A stretch of 63,650 bases of DNA, filler included, from Welwitschia mirabilis (Eukaryota), in assembly GCA_051453625.1 (NCBI GenBank). It is 9 parts of one record of this genome, joined end to end, with 100 filler letters (N's around TTAATTAATTAA, not from the genome) between each part and the next. Parts side by side here need not be neighbours in the genome. Positions count along the whole stretch, not along the records: positions 50,631 to 60,493 come from JBOZIK010000001.1; positions 60,594 to 63,650 come from JBOZIK010000001.1; 7 more parts are not named here. One strand, written 5' to 3'. The stretch's first letter is position 1. The number at the start of each line of letters is the position of its first letter. Below the pieces are notes generated by a model. That model was not told the DNA's origin, did no database searches, and saw nothing but the letters and a program-made list of their open reading frames with translations. Below are positions 50,631 to 63,650 of this stretch, one piece after another. A program made the translations under genes and the position numbers.

Positions 50631-53600
50631 TGGTATAGTTGAAAAAAATAATAGAGTCCTCTCAGAATAGGGTATTTTGGGACTGAAGAACCATTCTGTA
50701 ATTACATAAAGACATTCACTTAGTGTTGGGTGGTGTTTCCTCCATTGAGAAATGGCTACTTTGTAATGCAAATGTAATAGGATTTCAATAATAGAATATT
50801 TTCTTTATGTTTAATATATGCAGGATCTTCTTCTTCATAGTTTACATTATTTGAGATTCGATGATAAGCTTCTTTTCTAATATATATTATAAGGGCAGCC
50901 TATGTCAAAGTTGAGCTTAGTTAATTTAAGTTCATCATTATTTCCTTTTCTAGATTAGTTTTACATAAGAATTTTTTATTTAAATTCCATGTATTACAAT
51001 TTATTTTAGTAGGTTAGAGTTATATAATTTTATCTTAAAAGTAACTCTTCATTTCTACACTTTATCCTTTAACAAAATTACAAAATTTGGATCACTCCCA
51101 TCTATACTCATGTGTTGTATTTATTCATATTATTTGTAATTAATAAGATTCAAATTAGGATATAAACATTACATAAATACACACCAGAATATCTTAGCGT
51201 CATGACTAGGAAAGGCTGCTTGGAATTCAAGAGTTATCATTACTTCGGTAAATACTCCAGATGTTTGCTGCAGTAGCTGTGTACCAGTACCTATTGTAAG
51301 TTTTTTATTTCGATTTTTTTTCTGCTAACCTCTAACATCCCCTTCATCATCTAGACATCACAGTCGGATGACTCTCCCATTTTTTTCTTTTTCTCTTTCT
51401 ACGGTTTGTTTTATTTTTATTATCCAGGTTACCATCTAAATGATGTATAGGATGGTACCTTCTTAGACCTAATACTAAATGATTAAAATTAAAACAAGGG
51501 AAAACAATCAAAGAGAGTGATAGTTGATTGCTGAAAATATCAGAGAAGGTTTGATAGATTTTAAAAATAGAAACAAATCAAAATATTAAAGGTATGTAAG
51601 ATTTAGAATTTCCTACAATTTCTGCTTTTAATTCTATAGAGTTTGATTTTGCTATCATGTTAACCTCTACCTAAAAGTTTAACTTATCTCTCTAAATCCA
51701 CCCCTATCATTGGAACCCTTACTTCTACTTCTTTTCAACCTAATACTCATGCTACTTTGAGAGATTTTATTGCAATCAAAAAACATAAAATCTAAAATCC
51801 TTTTGACTTATCTCCTAGTGATGATGTAGAACTTTGAAACTTAAATGATTATCCTATCTTTAGTAGAGAGCCTGATGAAAATTCTTTGCAACACATTGCC
51901 AAAATTAAAAAACTTGTCCTTACATTCGTAAATAGTAAAAAAAAGAATAAGTGATAGAACCTACATGATTATCTTTCCATCACCTTGAAAGATAAAGTAA
52001 AAATTTAGCTTAGAAAAGAGCCTTAAATCTTGGGGTCAAGTTAAAGAAGCCTTCATAAAGAGATTCATGAGTGAAACCACTATCTAGNNNNNNNNNNNNN
52101 NNNNNNNNNNNNNNNNNNNNNNNNNNNNNNNNNNNNNNNNNNNNNNNNNNNNNNNNNNNNNNNNNNNNNNNNNNNNNNNNNNNNNNNGTTATCTTTCCCA
52201 TTACCTTGAGAGATAAAGCAAAACTTTGGCTTAGAATTATTCCCCATAAGAGCCTTAAATCTTGGAGTCAAGTTAAAGAAGCCTTCATAAAGAGATTCAT
52301 GAGTGAAACCACTATCTAGAAGCATAAGAAAGAAGTCACAAAATTTCAACAATTACCTAATGAATACTATGCCTCTACCTATGAGTAATTCTTTATTGCT
52401 TTACATTTAAACCTTGTAGATGCCTTTTCCGAGGTAGAGTTAATTAACTATTAGGAGATACTTAAAAGATGCTAGAAGATTTAATAGAAGTAAGTCAAAC
52501 ATGGCCTAAACCCTCCTTTAAAGAAAACCAAACCATAGGCCAAATTATTAAGAACCCAAAATAAGTCAAATATGAGAAGAATGAAACCAAAATAGAAAAT
52601 GAACCAACTAGTGTTATTAAGAATTTTACTTCTACCTTAGATAAATATGTCCAAATGATCCTTAATGCTAAAGTGGCAATCGATAAAAGTGAAGTTATTA
52701 TTCCAACATGCAATTTGTGTAAAGATAGTTACCATGTCATAAAAAATTTCCCTTTACTTCCTACTTACAAAGAAAGAATCTATGAGGAAGTTTATACTTT
52801 TAACCAAATATCTTTCAACTACATACAAAACCATGATCAAAGACAAGTTCAAAGTTACAATTTTTAAAATAGAATGAGTGAGCAACCAAATTCTAGAAGT
52901 TTTCAAACACATTTTCCTAACTTCTAGTCCTTCAAAAATAGATTTGAAGATTTAAATTTTTAATCCAATCATCCAAATAATTTGGCAAGTGATTTCAACT
53001 CCCAAAATCATAGTGATTATCTTAGGAATTCCATTAAGGAGCTAAAAAAAATTTAACAGAAGATAAACATAAATGTAAAAAATATTATAAGTATTTTACA
53101 ATAAACCATGCTTGTCAATCAAAGACCACAAGGGACCCTTGTCCCTCAATCTTTATCTAAACCTAACGAAGTATGAAAAGATTTTAAGGTGGTGATAAGG
53201 AGTAAAAATGACATAACTCTCCCTACTCATGAGGCTTTAACTTTTTAAAATGATAAAAATGATGAAGAAGAGGATATAGAAATCTTATAAAATCATTCCT
53301 TCCCTTCCTCACTTAGCAACAAAAGGAAATACCCTTCACAAAAGAAGCCTGCTACCTCATGGCTTGATAAGCTTAACATAAACCCCATCTTTGATGATTA
53401 TTTGAAAGCCTTAATGCAAAATATGAGCACCAACTTATCTTTTTGGAAATTGTTGCAAGAGAACCCCAAATACTCTAAGATATGAAAGACCTAATAAGAA
53501 GAAAATAAAAATGAATCATTCCTAGTGAAGTCTTCCTAGTTTAATCCATTAGTAACTTGATTTTCAAGAAATGTTAAAAATTTAAAGATCTGAGGGCATT

Positions 53601-56600
53601 AACTATTAGTGTCACTTTAGAGAAGAACTATAGAATTAAGACACCCTTCATAAACATATGAGCTAGTGTCAATATTATACCCTTGCACATTTGTCAACAT
53701 CTTGGATTAGAAGAAAGAGTAGAGCCTACATGCATTATGTTAGAGTTAGCCGATACATCTATGAAAAAAACCTTTATAAGTGATCAAGAACTTGGTTATT
53801 TAAATAGATAAATCTTTCTACCCAAGTGATATAGTTGTTTTAGAATTTGATCATCATGATGGATATTCCCTAGTTCTACGTGGAGCTTTCTGTGCAATAA
53901 CCTATTGCATTATAAACACAAGAACTAGATTGATGAAGTGTCATTTTGGAAAGAAACAATTTTTAATATGAGTAGTTGATGTAGCCAAAAATGATTTAGG
54001 TAATGATTTAAGTGTGAAGGAAGAAATGAAATCAACCTTATTTTCATAGCACCATTCACTTAAGAAAAGATGGTTCATGGTTCATAAGCTAACCTTGTTT
54101 GATGATCAAATGGAAGTAGACTACCTTTATGTGTTTAATGAATAATTTGAGTTTAACCATGTCCCAACTAAGTTTTCTAATCTTAAGAGGAGTAATTCTG
54201 AGTCTGTAACCTATTTTGAATTTTGAAAAACTAAAAACCCTAAGAATTATTTTGTTGAAATCAACTGTTCACTACTGATGGTCTGAGAAACTAGAAGTTT
54301 GAATCTTAATCTGAATCTGAAAACTTTAGCTAGTGGACTAAAATACATTTTTCTAAATAAATATCTAAATAAACCTTTGATTATCAANNNNNNNNNNNNN
54401 NNNNNNNNNNNNNNNNNNNNNNNNNNNNNNNNNNNNNNNNNNNNNNNNNNNNNNNNNNNNNNNNNNNNNNNNNNNNNNNNNNNNNNNCTGAATCTGAAAA
54501 CTTTAGCTAGTGGACTAAAATACATTTTTCTAAATAAATATCTAAATAAACCTTTGATTATCAAAGAAATCTCTCACCTTAATAACAATCCAATCTTTTC
54601 TCTCTCTCAGAGTCAAAAGTTCATGTATTTGCTTAGTTTTATAATAATTTATCAACCATGCCCACTTCCCTTGTGTAACACAAAATTTACCTTAAAGAAA
54701 ATGCAAAACCTGTGAGGCAATCCCAATGTAGACTAAATATAGGCTTAAAGCAAATTATAAAAGATGAAATCATAAAACTTATGGATGCTAGAATTATTTA
54801 CTTCATTTCTGATAGTGAGTGGGTTAGCCCCTTGATAGTAGTACCTAAAAAAGATGGGAAATGATGTGTATGCATAGACTTTTAAAAACTAAATGGGGTA
54901 ACTGAAAAAGACCACTATTCTTTATCTTTTCTTGATCAAATTCTTGATAGGATTCAAGGACATGTTTTTTACTATTTTCTTAATAGTTATAGTGGTTACA
55001 ATCAAATTTGCATTACCTTTAAAGACCAAGATAAAGCTACCTTTACTTCTCCATTTGATACCTTTGCTTTTAGGCGCATGCCTTTCAAACTTTGCAATGC
55101 TCTCAGTACCTTTCAGAATGATATGATGGGTATTTTTCCTGATATGCTTGAGGATTATGTTAATATTTTTATGGATAACTTCTCTATCTATGCCAAAACT
55201 TTTGAGCAAACCTTAGATTGTTTAAAGAAAGTCTTAGATCAATGCATTGCTAGTGGCCTCTACTTGAGTTCAGAAAAGAGTTATTTTCTTATAGAAAATG
55301 GCATTGTTTTAGGTTATCACATTTCTCAGGAGGAGATTAAGATGGGTGCTTCTAAAGTTAGTATTATTCAAAATCTTAATCCTCTTACAAATGCTAAATA
55401 AGTCTAATCTTTCCTTATTTATTGTAATTTTTACTATCAGTTCATTCATGATTATGCTTCTATTTATAAACCCCTGTACTTGTTACTTGAGAAAGATGTT
55501 AAATTCAAATGAATTGAATATTATCAAATTGCTTTCTATAGGCTTAAATATAGATTATCTCATGCTCTTAGAGTAATAAAACCCTATTGGATACTTAACT
55601 TTGAGCATATATATGATGCTAGTAATTTTGTTGTGGATGGGGTTCTTTGAAAAAAGTATGAGAAAGATTTCAAAGTTATATCTTAACATAGCAAGTCATT
55701 GTTTAGAGCTTAGATGAATTACAATACTATAGAAAAAGAAATACTTGCCATTATCTTTTGCCTTGATTCTCTTACACACTATCTTTTAGGCTTTCACATA
55801 AATGTTTATACCGACCATGCTGCCATTCATTACCTCATGACCAAGAAAGACTCTAGTACCCATTTGATCAGATGGATCCTTCTTATGCAAAAGTTTAATT
55901 AAACCATCATAGATAAAATAGAGAAGCACAATTCTGTTGCCGATCATTTGTCTCGACTTTACCCTTTTCTAGATGGCATTCTTATAGATGCTTCCTTTTT
56001 TGATAAGAAGCTTTTCGCTATTCCTTCTTCTCATCCTCCTCCATGATATGCTGACATTATTAACTATCTTATAATCATAAAAACACCACAACATTAGACC
56101 TATCACTAACATAAATCCTTTCTCCATCATGTAGGTGACTATGATTGGTTTAAGCCACATTTATACCATAGGTGCAAAGATCAAATTATGAGAAAATATG
56201 TGCCTTATTAGGAAATACCTGAGATTCTTCATCTTTGTCATGGTAATGTTTATGGAGGACATTTTAGTGGACATAAAACTACCATGTAAATCCTTCATTC
56301 TAGTTTTTACTGGCCTTTTTTTTTCAAGATTCATATAATTTTATTAGAAGGTATAATCCTTGTTAGCATTTTGGTAGTCTTATTCATTCACAAGAAATGC
56401 TACCTAGATCTATTCTTGAGTGTAAGCCTTTTGATTATTGGGGTATTAATTTCATGGGCCCCATTCACCAACCTTCTAATAATAAAAATTACGTTTTAGT
56501 GGCTATTAATTATGTGATTAAATGAGTTGAATCCATACATACTTTTTTGGATGATGCTTGAATTGTCTGTCATTTTCTTCNNNNNNNNNNNNNNNNNNNN

Positions 56601-59600
56601 NNNNNNNNNNNNNNNNNNNNNNNNNNNNNNNNNNNNNNNNNNNNNNNNNNNNNNNNNNNNNNNNNNNNNNNNNNNNNNNNCATACATACTTTTTTGGATG
56701 ATGCTTGAATTGTCTGTCATTTTCTTCTATCTCATATCTTTTAGAGATTTGGTATTCCTAGAATTATTATTAGTGATCAGGGTACTCATTTCATCAATTC
56801 ACTTTTTCAATTTTTAAGAAACTTCTTCTATACATGAGAATTGAACATCAAATAGCTTGTGCTTATCATCACCAGACAAATGGACAAGCTGAAAATGCTA
56901 ACAGAGAAATAAAGAAAATGCTTCAAAAAATTATCTCTGTTAATAAAAAGACTTGGGCTTCTAAGCTTAATGATATACTTTGGGCCTATCATACTACTTG
57001 GCATACTTCTCTTGATTTCTCACCTTATGAATTTGTTTACGATAAAGTTTGTGTTTTACCAGTTGATGTGTATTACAATTTTTATCGTACATCTCATCAA
57101 CTCAATCTTGTAAATTTTGCTGAAAATCTTAAGTATAGATTAGTATAATTAATTATTTTGATGAAAAAAGAACTAGTGCCATACATCATCAATTGATTCA
57201 TAAAGCCTAAGCAAAATTCAAACATGATAAAAGGATTTTTTTATAAAACAATTTAAACCTAGTTAAGTTATTTTATTATATAACACTCAAGTTCACCTTT
57301 TACCTAACAAGTTAACCTCTAAATGGTTAGGTCCTTATCTTGTAGAGAAAGTGTACTTTAATAGCTTAGTCAAAATTTTAGATTTGAAAACTAAATATAT
57401 TCAGAAAGTTAATGGACAATGATTGAAATTATATGAGGAATCATTAGATACAACCATGAACATGGTATAAGCAATTATTTTGGAGGTTCTTCTTAGTGAG
57501 AATGACTTCCTCCCTATCATTATCTAAGTTATTTCTTAGCCTACTCCTTTGATTAAATATTATGACTTTATCTGATCATCTTTCAAACTTGACTTATGTA
57601 TTACTTTGTGAAGTATCATAATTAGCTTTATACTTGGGTATTTATAGGTGGTAAGATTAGATTCATCTAATATTAAGACATTCCCATGTCTATGGACTTT
57701 GCTCAAAGGAAGATGCCTTAGTTTCTTTTTTTTTTTTTTAATGATGTTTAAATCTTAGATTATCTAGGAGTATTCTTTTCNNNNNNNNNNNNNNNNNNNN
57801 NNNNNNNNNNNNNNNNNNNNNNNNNNNNNNNNNNNNNNNNNNNNNNNNNNNNNNNNNNNNNNNNNNNNNNNNNNNNNNNNNNNNNNNNNNNNNNNNNNNN
57901 NNNNNNNNNNNNNNNNNNNNNNNNNNNNNNNNNNNNNNNNNNNNNNNNNNNNNNNNNNNNNNNNNNNNNNNNNNNNNNNNNNNNNNNNNNNNNNNNNNNN
58001 NNNNNNNNNNNNNNNNNNNNNNNNNNNNNNNNNNNNNNNNNNNNNNNNNNNNNNNNNNNNNNNNNNNNNNNNNNNNNNNNNNNNNNNNNNNNNNNNNNNN
58101 NNNNNNNNNNNNNNNNNNNNNNNNNNNNNNNNNNNNNNNNNNNNNNNNNNNNNNNNNNNNNNNNNNNNNNNNNNNNNNNNNNNNNNNNNNNNNNNNNNNN
58201 NNNNNNNNNNNNNNNNNNNNNNNNNNNNNNNNNNNNNNNNNNNNNNNNNNNNNNNNNNNNNNNNNNNNNNNNNNNNNNNNNNNNNNNNNNNNNNNNNNNN
58301 NNNNNNNNNNNNNNNNNNNNNNNNNNNNNNNNNNNNNNNNNNNNNNNNNNNNNNNNNNNNNNNNNNNNNNNNNNNNNNNNNNNNNNNNNNNNNNNNNNNN
58401 NNNNNNNNNNNNNNNNNNNNNNNNNNNNNNNNNNNNNNNNNNNNNNNNNNNNNNNNNNNNNNNNNNNNNNNNNNNNNNNNNNNNNNNNNNNNNNNNNNNN
58501 NNNNNNNNNNNNNNNNNNNNNNNNNGAAAAAAAACCAAAAAAAGGGAGAATCTTACAAACATGGTTACCATGTTGTCCTACTACAAGTACATCGAGGCAA
58601 ATATTTCTGAGAGAAGCCTTTGGCAGTGTAATATAGTAGCTATGGGAACTCCACTGGGGGTTAGTTGGCCATATTTCATGAGTCCTTACTCCTCTGATAA
58701 TGGTTGTACTCCACTCATTAGGACAAAAGAAATAGAACTTTTAGATTTCCCACTTGATCATCTCACTTTTGTAGATTTCGGTGAGTTTATAGGTAGAAAT
58801 AGATGAGTCCATTTCTTAGTAACTTTTGGTTTTTACTTTCATTATTCTACACACTTGACACTTTGGATATCATCATAACCACTACCTTTTTAAATAAACT
58901 TTATGAAGTTAATACATTTTATCATGCATATTTACTCAGGTGATGTTATAATGTTTTTCTTTGGAGTTTACTACACTAGTACTTAGGATAGGTAAATAAT
59001 CTTTTCCTNNNNNNNNNNNNNNNNNNNNNNNNNNNNNNNNNNNNNNNNNNNNNNNNNNNNNNNNNNNNNNNNNNNNNNNNNNNNNNNNNNNNNNNNNNNN
59101 NNNNNNNNATATTTACTCAGGTGATGTTATAATGTTTTTCTTTGGAGTTTACTACATTAGTACTTAGGATAGGTAAATAATCTTTTCCTTGTTTCATATG
59201 TCCATTTTCACTTTGAATTTCTTCTGTTTTTGAGTTTCTTATTTCAAAGTCATTTCCACATTTTTATATTTCTTATTTGGACTTTAATCATTTTGCATTT
59301 TTCTTGCTATTTAATTATGAGTTCCCTTATCAGTTATTGAGTTTTCAACCCTATCATGCTTTTATTTTTTCTATTCAGGAACATTAATTTAGTCTTTCTT
59401 CTAGGTTTTTAATCTTGATGGTCTATTTTCTTCAGCCATAGTTCTTCCTTTTCTATGTGCGTTTTACACTTCTGTCTTTTTTTCTTCCCAACAAAATCTA
59501 TCACTTTAATGATTCTACCTGAGCCTTACTTTCTTGACTGATATTTTTCTTTTGAAAACCCTTTTAATGAATAGTTGTCTAAGTAGTCATCTGAACGACA

Positions 59601-60493
59601 CTGCATAGGACAAAAGACTAATTTTTTTAATAGTCATTTTAGGGCTAAAGTCTAGATAATATAATTAGACAACATTTCAATAAAACCATGGCTTAAACCC
59701 TTTTCCTTATTTTTTGCTCGTTTTCTTGTTTTTTCCTTCATTCTCTAAGAGACGACGACTCCTTTGACTTGTACCAATATTTTAAAATTTATTCCACCTG
59801 AATTCATTGCTAGATTTGCAAGTTCTATCTAAATTTACACAAAATGCTTTTAATTTATTTAAAAATTACATGTTTNNNNNNNNNNNNNNNNNNNNNNNNN
59901 NNNNNNNNNNNNNNNNNNNNNNNNNNNNNNNNNNNNNNNNNNNNNNNNNNNNNNNNNNNNNNNNNNNNNNNNNNNNNNNNNNNNNNNNNNNNNNNNNNNN
60001 NNNNNNNNNNNNNNNNNNNNNNNNNNNNNNNNNNNNNNNNNNNNNNNNNNNNNNNNNNNNNNNNNNNNNNNNNNNNNNNNNNNNNNNNNNNNNNNNNNNN
60101 NNNNNNNNNNNNNNNNNNNNNNNNGATGGACAGAATTTTTGTAAAATTCAAAATACTGAACAGAAATATCTATTAAGCATCAGAAGCTTGTTGTTTTATA
60201 CATCGTCTAGAAAATAATACCAAAATATCGACTTCTAATGTTTAACATGTATTTTTATTTTAGTATTTTGAATTTACAGAAATTCGGTCCATCTTTAGAA
60301 TATGCTGTAGATCTTTTCTTGATAAATTTTTTAGATATCCTAGTCTTTTTACTGTCTAAAATTTGGCTCGTAAATATGATTTATCACTTGGTTTTATTAT
60401 GGACTTACAAGGCTAACCCGGGGTCTATTTTACCAACTTACATATACTTAATAGGGTATTCTGAGTTGTTTTGTAGGTAAATTGGAAGATAAA
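50631..60493 (+). mobile_element. Near-complete decayed Athila element (A1): 5' LTR part to 51191, PBS, gag about 51650-53560, PR about 53580-53960, RT about 54690-55400, RH about 55550-55950, INT about 56030-57527, about 2.9 kb 3' region, PPT, 3' LTR from about 60428
   Basis: VIFPITLRDKAKLWL; MPFKLCNALSTFQ...IFMDNFSIY; NYNTIEKEILAI...VYTDHAAI; AYHHQTNGQAENANREIKKML; KWLGPY. Gypsy domain order. PPT-like AAGGCTAACCCGGGGTCTA at about 60409-60427. Confidence 0.92.
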
Positions 60494-60593
60494 NNNNNNN
60501 NNNNNNNNNNNNNNNNNNNNNNNNNNNNNNNNNNNNNTTAATTAATTAANNNNNNNNNNNNNNNNNNNNNNNNNNNNNNNNNNNNNNNNNNNN

Positions 60594-60796
60594 CATGCAT
60601 TGCAATTTATTTTAGTAGACTAAGGTTATATATTTCTCTTTGAAATCAACTCTTTATTGTCCATACCATTAGCCTTCAATGGAATTACGACATTCGGATC
60701 ACTCCATCTATACTAGTATGTTGTATTTTGCATCTTATTATAATTAACAGAATTGAAATTGAAATGTAAACTATTGCACAAATACACATCACAACA
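60594..60796 (+). repeat. 3' end of an A2 LTR without PBS (3' or solo LTR)
   Basis: ...TATTGCACAAATACACATCACAACA, followed directly by unrelated RT sequence. Confidence 0.85.
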
Positions 60797-61442
60797 AATT
60801 CACTTGTATGCAAATTTGATTATAACCACTACATCCATTAAGAAAATAGTAGTAGACATAACCTTGGATTCTATCAAGTATTTGATCAAGAAAGGGTAAA
60901 GGGTAATTATCATTTTCAGTGACCTCATTAAGTTTCCTAAAATCAATGCACATTCTCCATTTTTCCCCTCTTCTTTAGAACTACCATCAAAAGGCTAATC
61001 CACTTACTATTAAATATAAGCATATATGATCCTAGAATCCATAATTTTAATAATTTCATCTTTAACTATTTTCTTTTGAGCCTTTTTTGGGGTTATCTAA
61101 TAGGATTAGCATTATCTTCAAGGTCAATCTTATGTTAAACTATATAAAGAGGAATGGCAGCTAAGTCCTTATGAGTTCAAGAAAAGGCTTCTTCTTCAAA
61201 GGTTAAGAGTGAGATCAAGATGGATTCTTATTGAGGAGTTAAAAGGTCACTTATTATTAAGGATTTAATTTGATTTTTAGATAGAAAAATATATTTTAAA
61301 CCTTTGCGAAGTTTCTTTCATTCTAGATTAATATTTTCATTTGTTGTCCTATCTATCATGGGGATGATAAATGTGAGATGATACTTTGTAAAAAGCTTTT
61401 CTACTAAGTGAATATGTTCAGTTTATCCCTAGTCAACATGTT
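60797..61442 (-). mobile_element. Older Athila RT N-terminal fragment between two LTRs
   Basis: LPFLDQILDRIQGYVYYYFLNGCSGYNQI on the minus strand (about 60900-60812). Confidence 0.85.
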
Positions 61443-63650
61443 TATTGTGAAGCCAACTTATGTGTATTTCATAGGGTATTTTGAGTTGTCTTATAGATAA
61501 ACTAACAGATAAATGCCTAGTTCCTATAATAATCGAGAATCCAGAAGCACAAGGTGAAAACATGTACTTTATCAGATAATTCAAAAGCATTTCATATAGA
61601 TATGGATAAATTGTATTTTCAGATGATTATTCCTACAAACAACAAGATATCACAATGATAAAGAATGAAGAAAAGACTGTCGTCCCCTAAGTCGTCCAGA
61701 CAACAGACAAGACAACAACCCTAATTGAGCATATGATAGACTTCTTTCAAGATGACTTATAGTTGAAATAAAGACCTTATTATCATACTCCATCGTCCAC
61801 CTCATCATCCAGACGACACTAGTGGACGACATCTCCAGAATCAGTCGATAATAGTTTGTATGAAGACCACAAGCAGTAAACTAAAAGCTAAGTAGATATC
61901 TCATCTTCAATCCATATCATCTCCTCCATCGTCCAGATGACAAAAAGGATGACATTGTCCTCTCATAGTTTTATAGAATGTATTCCCGAGTTGTCGCTTG
62001 TTAATTGTAACTTTCCTTTGCATGATAGCTAGAGTTTCTACTTTACCTTTCTGTTAGTTTACCTTTTCTTTCTGTCTATAAATAAAGGTCTCCCCCTCGA
62101 TTCCTAATGATCTTCGATAGTACTTGACATTCTCATGATAGAAGATCTTGAGANNNNNNNNNNNNNNNNNNNNNNNNNNNNNNNNNNNNNNNNNNNNNNN
62201 NNNNNNNNNNNNNNNNNNNNNNNNNNNNNNNNNNNNNNNNNNNNNNNNNNNNNNNNNNNNNNNNNNNNNNNNNNNNNNNNNNNNNNNNNNNNNNNNNNNN
62301 NNNNNNNNNNNNNNNNNNNNNNNNNNNNNNNNNNNNNNNNNNNNNNNNNNNNNNNNNNNNNNNNNNNNNNNNNNNNNNNNNNNNNNNNNNNNNNNNNNNN
62401 NAATGGAATTATGACATTTAGATTACTCCGTCTATATTAGCGTGCTGTATTTTGCATCTTATTTATAATTAAAAGGATTGAGATCAAAGAATGAAACATT
62501 GCATAAATACACACCGTAACAAAATTAGTGCCATTGCCAGAGAAGGCTTTTTAGAAATCGAGAATTTCCATTGCTTCAGTAGATATTTTGGATGTTTTCT
62601 GTAGCATCAGTGTACTAGTACCATCTATAAGTATTTTTATTTCAGTTTTTAACTTTGTTGTCTAGATGTCATAGTCAAATGATAGTTCCCTTTTCTGCCT
62701 TTCCTCGTTCTGTGGTTTTTGTATTTTTTTGCTTTTGTCATCTCAGGTATCGTCCGGACGACAAACAGGACGACATAAAGGATAGCACTGAAACTGAATG
62801 GTTAAGATTGAAAAAGATGAAAAATATCAGAGAGAGCGACAATTCATTGTAAAAAATATCCAAGAAGGTTTGCTAAATTTTGAATTTGAAAATCAAAACC
62901 ACCCAGGTACGCAAACTTTACAATGTCCTGAAATTTATGATTTTAATTTTATAGAAGAATCTGATTTTAATTTTGAAAAATTAAATACCATGTCAATCTC
63001 TTATCAAAAACAACCTATCTCGCTAAATCCATCACCTGTCGTTGGAACTATTACTCCTACTCCTCCTTAACCAAACACTCGTATGACTCTGAGAGATCTC
63101 ATAGCCAATAAAAGACTTGAAATTCAAAACCCCTTCGACTTACCTCCTGGCAATGACATAGAACTAAAAAACCTAAACACTTATCCTACCTTTAGAGGAG
63201 AACCTAATGAAAACCCCCTATAATACATTGTAAAAATTGAACAACTCATCCTTGCATCTGGTAATGGTAAGAAATGTATCGTTGATAGAACTTACATGAT
63301 CATCTTTCTCATGACTTTGCGAGATAAAGCTAAACTTTATCTTAGGACAATTCCTCATAAAAGCCTAAAATCTTATAGCCAAGTTCAAGAGGCCTTTATC
63401 AAAAGATTTATGAATGAAACCACTGTCCAAAAATGTAAAAAAGAAGTTACAAACTTCTAATAACTACCTAATGAAGACTATGCTTCTGCTTATGAGAGAT
63501 TCATCGTAGCTTTACACTTAAACCCAGTAGACGCCTTTTCTAAGGTAGAACTAATAGACTATTTTTATAGTGGGTTAAATAGTCATATCAAATGGCTTGT
63601 AGATTTCTGTTATGGAGGTAACCTCTTAAATCAAACTCTAGAAGACACTT
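61443..63650 (+). mobile_element. A2 Athila element: 5' LTR 61443-62521, PBS, leader, gag; runs off the window
   Basis: The LTR start is homologous to 10401 and the LTR ends ...CACCGTAACA. PBS ATTAGTGCCATTGCCAGAGA at about 62524-62543. Gag IFLMTLRDKAKLYLRTIP; colinear with the reverse complement of 14460-15608. Confidence 0.9.

Noticed and set aside
57530-60410. Athila env-like ORF
   Set aside because: No recognisable frame or motif in the sequenced parts; the gaps could hide one.
21523-60549. Eight TTAATTAATTAA palindromes as a biological repeat or piggyBac-type target
   Set aside because: Each is centred in exactly 44+44 N, so it is an artificial linker.
50631-60796. Treating 60594-60796 as the end of the 3' LTR of the near-complete element
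   Set aside because: It is separated by an artificial linker and is A2-type, while the 5' LTR is A1-type. No TSD can be tested.
821-62440. Long ORFs in the supplied track
   Set aside because: They are mostly runs of X across N gaps. The short ORFs are transposon fragments or chance frames.
1-63650. Assigning host species or chromosome type (pericentromere, sex chromosome)
   Set aside because: The repeat density is compatible with these, but nothing in the sequence establishes it.

Overview
AT-rich, heavily gapped plant (eukaryotic) heterochromatin. I see no intact gene, RNA gene or CRISPR array. Eight artificial N44-TTAATTAATTAA-N44 linkers split the window into nine pieces, so adjacency across them is not biological. 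Most of the sequence is decayed, nested Ty3/gypsy LTR retrotransposons of Athila type: several subfamilies with 1.1-1.4 kb LTRs and a decayed TGGCGCCGTTGCCGGGGA-type PBS, including one near-complete gag-PR-RT-RH-INT copy at 50631-60493. There are also remnants of a Tekay/Del chromovirus, a probable copia end, a CACTA 3' terminus and a RopGEF (PRONE) pseudo-exon. The most unusual item is an L1-type LINE (minus strand, 32949-36803). Its decayed ORF2 appears to run from RT through an RNase H-like segment and an S/P-rich linker into a DnaJ/Hsp40 J-domain (HPD motif), about 450 bp before the poly(A) tail. All calls come from manual translation and comparison; no database searches were run.
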